A DNA stretch of 63,277 nucleotides, filler included, from Bdellovibrionota bacterium (lineage in GTDB: Bacteria > Bdellovibrionota > Bdellovibrionia > Bdellovibrionales > JAEYZS01): assembly GCA_963169515.1 (NCBI GenBank). It is 6 parts of 6 records of this genome, joined end to end, with 100 filler letters (N's around TTAATTAATTAA, not from the genome) between each part and the next. Parts side by side here need not be neighbours in the genome. Positions count along the whole stretch, not along the records: positions 58,007 to 60,593 come from CAUJEF010000120.1; positions 60,694 to 63,277 come from CAUJEF010000122.1; 4 more parts are not named here. One strand, given 5' to 3'. The notes beneath the pieces were generated by a model. That model saw only the letters and a program-made list of their open reading frames with translations, was not told the origin of the DNA and did no database searches. Position numbers and translations under genes: made by a program. The number at the start of each line of letters is the position of its first letter. Position 1 is the stretch's first letter. Shown piece after piece: positions 58,007-63,277 of this stretch.

Positions 58007-59386
58007 TGGGCCAATCATGTCCTCAGGCTTCACAATCTCATCAAATTTTTTCCCGTCAATGAATCCAGACTTAATTGCTTCTTCTTTCAATGTCGTCCCG
58101 TTCTTATGAGCAGCCTTTGCTATTTTTGCGGCATTATCATAACCAATAATCGGATTAAGAGCAGTTACAAGCATCAAAGAATTTTCCAAGTGCTTTTTAA
58201 TATTTTTTTCGTTTGCCTTAATTCCATCAATACAATTTACGCGGAAGGAGTTCATACCATGTCCCAATAACCGAATGGAGTTAAGCACATTGAAAACAAT
58301 TAGAGGCTTAAACACATTCAATTCGAAATGCCCTTGCATCCCACCGATTGTGACTGCGACGTCGTTCCCCATGACTTGGGCGCAAACCATCGTCATAGAC
58401 TCACACTGTGTTGGATTTACTTTGCCAGGCATAATAGAACTACCGGGTTCGTTTTCTGGCAAAAGTAATTCGCCAAACCCAGACCGTGGACCGCTTCCCA
58501 TTAATCGAATGTCATTTGCGATTTTCATTAAGCTCACAGCGATTGTTTTAAGAACCCCACTTAATTCAACAAGCGTATCGTGGCCTGCAAGTGCTTCAAA
58601 CTTATTTTTTGCACTGATAAACGGCAATTTTGTTTCTTCTGCAATGAATTTGGCTGCTGTCAGAGCGAAATCTGGGTGTGTATTCAGCCCTGTCCCCACC
58701 GCAGTTCCACCCAGGGCCAATTCATATAGCCGCGGAAGGCAGTTGTTTACCCTGTCGATATTATGAGTAATTTGTGTGTGGTATCCTGAAAACTCTTGCC
58801 CTAGTGTCAATGGCGTTGCATCCATCAGATGTGTGCGCCCAATTTTCACAATATCTTTAAACTCTTTTACTTTTTTAGAGAAACTTTGTTCAAGAGCGCG
58901 AAGCGCAGGCAACAAATTGTGATGTACTTCTTCTGTTACAGCGATATGCATTGCCGTTGGAAATGTGTCGTTCGAGGATTGCGCTTTGTTTACATCATCA
59001 TTGGGATGAATTCCTTTGCCTCCAATTTTACCGCCCATAAGTTCAATCGCACGATTTGCGATCACTTCATTAGCATTCATATTGGTCTGTGTTCCACTCC
59101 CAGTTTGCCAGATGACCAACGGAAACTGGGCATCCAACTTTCCGGCGATCACTTCGTCTGCCGCAGATTGAATCACTTTAGATTTTTCTTTTGGCAAAAG
59201 GCCGAGTTGTTCATTCGCACGAGCCGCAGCTTTTTTCAAAATTCCTAAGGCGCGAATCATTTCTCGTGGAAATCGATCATTACCAATTTTGAAGTTTTCA
59301 ATAGATCGTTGCGTCTGCGCGGCCCAGTATTTGTCAGCAGGGACCTTAATTTCGCCAAAGCTGTCGCTTTCTGTCCTGTAGTCCAT
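58007..59386 (-). CDS. fumC: Class II fumarate hydratase, last codons cut
   Basis: [20 protein letters not shown] and [11 protein letters not shown]. Start at ATG 59386. Confidence 0.97.
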
Positions 59387-59546
59387 TAAAACTCCATTTA
59401 CCGTAAGCTTAAACGCCAATAGAACTCTAAGCCTACCCACGCAATTGCAATATTCCAACTAAAAAATACTTAAAATTCACGTGATAACGTGTTGAAAGTA
59501 CAACTTAATTTGCTATATTTTATGCCTCATCCAGAAAGGCCACCGC

Positions 59547-60014
59547 ATGGGTAAAAATTTTTGGCTTGTGAAATCTGAACCTGAGGTCTACTCAATTGAC
59601 AGTTTAGAAAAAGACATGGAAACCCCGTGGGAAGGCGTGCGTAATTATCAAGCACGTAATTTCATGCGTGATTCAATGTGTGTGGGTGACAAAGTCTTAT
59701 TTTACCATAGCAATGCTGATCCCACAGGGGTCGCCGGGGTAGCCACTGTAAGCAGCCCCCCTATTCCAGACGAAACCCAATTCAACAAGAAGAGCGAATA
59801 TTTTGATCCTAAGGCAACCCCGCAAAAGCCCAATTGGATTTGTGTTAAGATTGCATTTAAAGAAAAATTTAAAACAATCATAACGCTCGCAGAAATAAAA
59901 TCTAATAAAGCCCTTAAAGATATGGTCCTTGTGCAACCTGGGTCCCGCCTGTCTGTGCAGCCCGTGACACAAAAACAATTCGAGACTATATTGGGCATGG
60001 CAAGGAGAAAATAA
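59547..60014 (+). CDS. EVE domain protein
   Basis: WLVKSEP, WEGVRNYQARN, FYHS and RLSVQPV. Confidence 0.93.
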   Translation: MGKNFWLVKSEPEVYSIDSLEKDMETPWEGVRNYQARNFMRDSMCVGDKVLFYHSNADPTGVAGVATVSSPPIPDETQFNKKSEYFDPKATPQKPNWICVKIAFKEKFKTIITLAEIKSNKALKDMVLVQPGSRLSVQPVTQKQFETILGMARRK

Positions 60015-60268
60015 TGGCTGAAGTAATTATTTATTCAAAAACCCACTGCCCATATTGTGTAAAGGCGAAGCGCTTTTTCGAGCAGAAAAATATAAAATTT
60101 ACGGAACACATCATGGATGATCGCCTTAACGAATTGGATGAATTGAAAAAACGAACAGGTCATTTAACTGTTCCACAGATTTTTATTAATGGCGAATTTA
60201 TAGGTGGATTCACAGATCTGATTGATGCCGACAACGACGGCAAAATCGACCTTATGTTAAAAAAATGA
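60014..60268 (+). CDS. grxC: Glutaredoxin 3-like
   Basis: CPYC and TVPQIFI...GG. Confidence 0.9.
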   Translation: MAEVIIYSKTHCPYCVKAKRFFEQKNIKFTEHIMDDRLNELDELKKRTGHLTVPQIFINGEFIGGFTDLIDADNDGKIDLMLKK

Positions 60269-60593
60269 AAATGATTTTGACCTCTTTCATCATTGGCTTT
60301 CTCGCTTTTTTAGGATTGTCACTTATGGCAGATAAAGCGCTCAATCGTCTTGCAATGCCGTTGAATCAATCTCCGCAAATTGATTGGATTGTTGTTTTGG
60401 CAAATGGGTCTCGGTTAACCCAAGGGCTAAAAATGCGCTTAGATAATGCAATACTCGCTCACCAACTGTGGCCACAGGCAAAGCTGCTGCTAACCGGAGA
60501 TTCTGCGCACGGGGAAATTTCGGTGATGAAAGACTATCTGATAAAAAATAACGTGTCTGAATCCAGTATTTCAGAAGATCAGCATAGCACTTC
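60265..60593 (+). CDS. YdcF/DUF218 family protein, 3'-truncated
   Basis: TM segment, DWIVVL, RLDNA, LLLTG, E...M and EDQHST. Confidence 0.75.
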
Positions 60594-60693
60594 NNNNNNN
60601 NNNNNNNNNNNNNNNNNNNNNNNNNNNNNNNNNNNNNTTAATTAATTAANNNNNNNNNNNNNNNNNNNNNNNNNNNNNNNNNNNNNNNNNNNN
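60594..60693. other. Artificial contig linker
   Basis: 44 N + TTAATTAATTAA + 44 N. Confidence 0.98.
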
Positions 60694-61286
60694 CCAAAGG
60701 CTCTACAGGCTTCCAATAACTCAGGCGTTGAGACTGGCGACAACCGCGCCGCAACTGTGCAGCACCAGCTCATCAAACTAGCCGTTTTTCTTTGAGCCAC
60801 TTCAAGCAAATGATCCCATGTCACATCAATGCGCCCGCGAGCATCGAGCTGAAGCCATTCCCCACTAACCAAATCCTCAACAACTAAAGCCAGGTCGTGA
60901 ATGATATCCACATTGCCTTCTTCCGACAATTCCACCATGACACGAGCGAGTAACATATCGCCGGCAAGTACAGCACGGGCATTTGACGTTTCTGCATTGA
61001 GGGTTTTACGTTGTCGCCTTTGATTTGCATTGTCCAAAACGTCATCATGCGCAAGCGAAGCCGAGTGTGTAAATTCTGCTGCGCGGGCAAAAGCAGCCAT
61101 CCGCGAAGGTTCAACGCCTAAAATTTTTCCCATTAAAAAACATAACGTCGGACGAAGGCGTTTTCCGCCCAATAAAACGGTGCGATTTAATATCTGTGGG
61201 ATTTCCGGCACTGAACGTGAGCTTTTGACAATCAGATCTAAGTTCACAAGCTGTTTATTCACATCATGAGGTAAAAAGTCTATCAC
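60694..61286 (-). CDS. Polyprenyl diphosphate synthase, 3'-truncated
   Basis: GGKRLRP, HDDVLD...RR, AVLAGD, GE..Q and KTA. Confidence 0.93.
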
Positions 61287-61493
61287 TGCTGCTCCATGGG
61301 CACCGGCCTCGGCTTTAAATTTAAGAACCTACCAATCTACTCGACCTAAAGTTTCATTTCAAATATTGGTCCGCTTGACGCCTTATATAATTCAGATAGA
61401 TATAATTTTTGACACAAAGCGAACTAGTCCACTCTACACAGGTTTTTGGATACTTTAACTATAGATCGTATTTGCAGGCATAAGGAATTCAGC

Positions 61494-62183
61494 ATGGGGC
61501 CTTTTTCGACTCTTTCTAAGAAATACCTAATGGCATTATCCGGGATTTTTCTGGTTATTTTCTTGGCCTCGCATCTTTCTGCGAACCTGCAATTGCTTCT
61601 TATAGACTCTGTTCCCTTTAACAAATATGTCAAATTTTTAGCGAGCTTCGGGGGGCTTTTGTATGTAGCTGAAATAGGACTTTTATTTCTTTTTGTCCTT
61701 CATATTGTCACAGCGGTTCGAATCACTATTACCAATCGAAAAGCAAGACCCATTGACTATAAAATTATCCAATCTAAAGGTGGACCTACAAAAAACAACC
61801 TGGCTTCTCGGAATATGGCCATTACAGGAATGATCATTTTGGTGTTTTTGGTCATTCATGTTTGGCAATTCCGGCTGGGCCCAGGGATTGAAATGGGTTA
61901 TGCCACCGAAATTGACGGCAAGATGGCTCGCGACCTTTATCGGCTTGTGGTTGAAAAATTCCAAAATCCCTTGATCGTTATTTTCTACAGCTTCACTATG
62001 ATTATTTTAGGGTTTCATTTACGCCACGGATTTTGGAGTGCCTTCCAATCGCTGGGCCTCTCCCATGCAAAGTACAACCGTATGCTCTATAAAGTGGCGG
62101 TGTTGGTCGCAGTGATTTTTGCGGTCGGATTCCTCATTATCCCCATTTGGATTTATTTTGATTTTCAAGGAAACTACAAATGA
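61494..62183 (+). CDS. sdhC: Succinate dehydrogenase cytochrome b558 subunit
   Basis: KKYLMALSG, five TM helices with His ligands and [18 protein letters not shown] overlap with sdhA. Confidence 0.92.
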   Translation: MGPFSTLSKKYLMALSGIFLVIFLASHLSANLQLLLIDSVPFNKYVKFLASFGGLLYVAEIGLLFLFVLHIVTAVRITITNRKARPIDYKIIQSKGGPTKNNLASRNMAITGMIILVFLVIHVWQFRLGPGIEMGYATEIDGKMARDLYRLVVEKFQNPLIVIFYSFTMIILGFHLRHGFWSAFQSLGLSHAKYNRMLYKVAVLVAVIFAVGFLIIPIWIYFDFQGNYK

Positions 62184-63277
62184 ACTTAGACTCTAAAATT
62201 CCAAGTGGCCCGATTGAAAACAAATGGGATCTACATAAAGCCAACTTGAAATTGGTTGCGCCCAACAACAAAAGGAAATTCAATATCATTGTCGTGGGAA
62301 CAGGCCTTGCCGGGGCCTCGGCATCTGCATCGCTTGCGGAAATGGGTTACAATGTTCATAGCTTTTGTATCCAGGATTCACCCCGCCGCGCCCACAGTAT
62401 CGCAGCCCAAGGCGGAATCAATGCTGCAAAAAACTATCCCAACGATAACGACAGCATTTGGCGATTATTTTATGACACCGTTAAGGGCGGAGATTTCCGT
62501 GCCCGCGAAGGCAATGTTTACAGATTGGCTCAAGTTTCCAACAATATAATTGATCAGTGTGTTGCCCAGGGTGTTCCATTCGCGCGCGAATACAGCGGAA
62601 GCCTAGCCAATCGATCCTTCGGCGGCGCACAGGTTTCGCGTACATTCTATGCACGTGGGCAAACTGGACAACAGTTACTGTTGGGCGCTTACAGCGCATT
62701 GATGAGACAAGTTCATTCTGGAAAAGTGAAACATTATTCGCGCCGGGAAATGCTAGATCTGGTAACCATCGACGGAAAAGCTCGCGGCCTGATCGTCCGA
62801 AACCTAGTTACTGGACAGATCGAACGTTATGCGGCTGATGCCGTTTGTCTGGCAACGGGTGGATACGGCCGTGTATATTTTCTTTCGACTAATGCATTCA
62901 ATTCTAACGCTACCGCTATTTGGCGTGCCCACAAACGGGGAGCGCTTTTTGGAAATCCGGCGTATGTGCAGATTCATCCGACGTGCATACCCGTATCGGG
63001 TGATTATCAATCGAAGCTGACATTGATGAGTGAAAGCTTGCGTAATGACGGGCGTGTTTGGGTTCCCAAAAGCAAGACCGATTCGAACCGCCCCCCCAAC
63101 CAAATTCCAGAGCAAGATCGCTATTATTTCCTTGAAGAGCGCTATCCAAGTTTTGGAAACCTTGTTCCACGCGATGTAGCTTCGCGAAATGCGAAAGATG
63201 TTTGTGATTCAGGCTTGGGTGTCGGCGCGACAGGGCGTGCAGTTTATTTGGATTTTCGTGATGCCATCAAACGCGAC
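62180..63277 (+). CDS. sdhA: Succinate dehydrogenase/fumarate reductase flavoprotein, runs off the window (missing from the ORF track)
   Basis: [11 protein letters not shown]..., [38 protein letters not shown] and NLVPRD. Confidence 0.96.
   Translation, partial: MNLDSKIPSGPIENKWDLHKANLKLVAPNNKRKFNIIVVGTGLAGASASASLAEMGYNVHSFCIQDSPRRAHSIAAQGGINAAKNYPNDNDSIWRLFYDTVKGGDFRAREGNVYRLAQVSNNIIDQCVAQGVPFAREYSGSLANRSFGGAQVSRTFYARGQTGQQLLLGAYSALMRQVHSGKVKHYSRREMLDLVTIDGKARGLIVRNLVTGQIERYAADAVCLATGGYGRVYFLSTNAFNSNATAIWRAHKRGALFGNPAYVQIHPTCIPVSGDYQSKLTLMSESLRNDGRVWVPKSKTDSNRPPNQIPEQDRYYFLEERYPSFGNLVPRDVASRNAKDVCDSGLGVGATGRAVYLDFRDAIKRD

Noticed and set aside
18351..60693. Five identical TTAATTAATTAA palindromes flanked by N runs
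   Set aside because: These are artificial contig linkers. Adjacency across them, and ORF ends inside them (gspE, ubiE, fumC, DUF218, polyprenyl synthase), are not biological. The truncated genes are not pseudogenes.
1..63277. CRISPR array, tRNA/rRNA, integrase or transposase, prophage
   Set aside because: I saw no regularly spaced direct repeats, cloverleafs or mobile-element proteins by eye. A short RNA gene could have been missed without Infernal or tRNAscan.

Overview
This is bacterial DNA. Gene content and order suggest a Bdellovibrionota-like (deltaproteobacterial-type) genome, probably a MAG; this is inferred, not tested. The window is not contiguous. Five artificial 100-nt linkers (44 N + TTAATTAATTAA + 44 N) split it into six contigs: 1-18350, 18451-29705, 29806-51497, 51598-57906, 58007-60593 and 60694-63277. 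Most of it is housekeeping: System II cytochrome c maturation, T2SS gspCDE, purBCSQLF, peptidoglycan recycling (LD-carboxypeptidase, serine hydrolase, mpl), ubiE, scpAB, psd, glyA-rpiB, yceD-rpmF-fabHDG-acpP-fabF (no plsX), waaA, plsC/cdsA, serA plus a D-2-hydroxyglutarate dehydrogenase-like gene, fumC and sdhCA. The most unusual part is a minus-strand run at 7.7-13.4 kb, divergent from gspC. In transcription order it holds a FabD-like protein that lacks its small subdomain, a secreted TIMP-like CxC protein, an alpha/beta-hydrolase lipoprotein, a secreted Ala/Gly/Ser-rich protein with eight xVLxPxG repeats, and an 851-aa DUF4105-type His/Cys enzyme with an apparently dead zincin domain. A small AT-rich toxin-antitoxin patch follows. 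A family of REP-like palindromic repeats (skeleton AAAAGGT-N5-GTTC-YY-TTTC) occurs at four to five gene boundaries, including 27-bp and 23-bp perfect inverted pairs. I found no rRNA, tRNA, CRISPR array, integrase or transposase. All calls come from motif recognition by eye; no searches were run.
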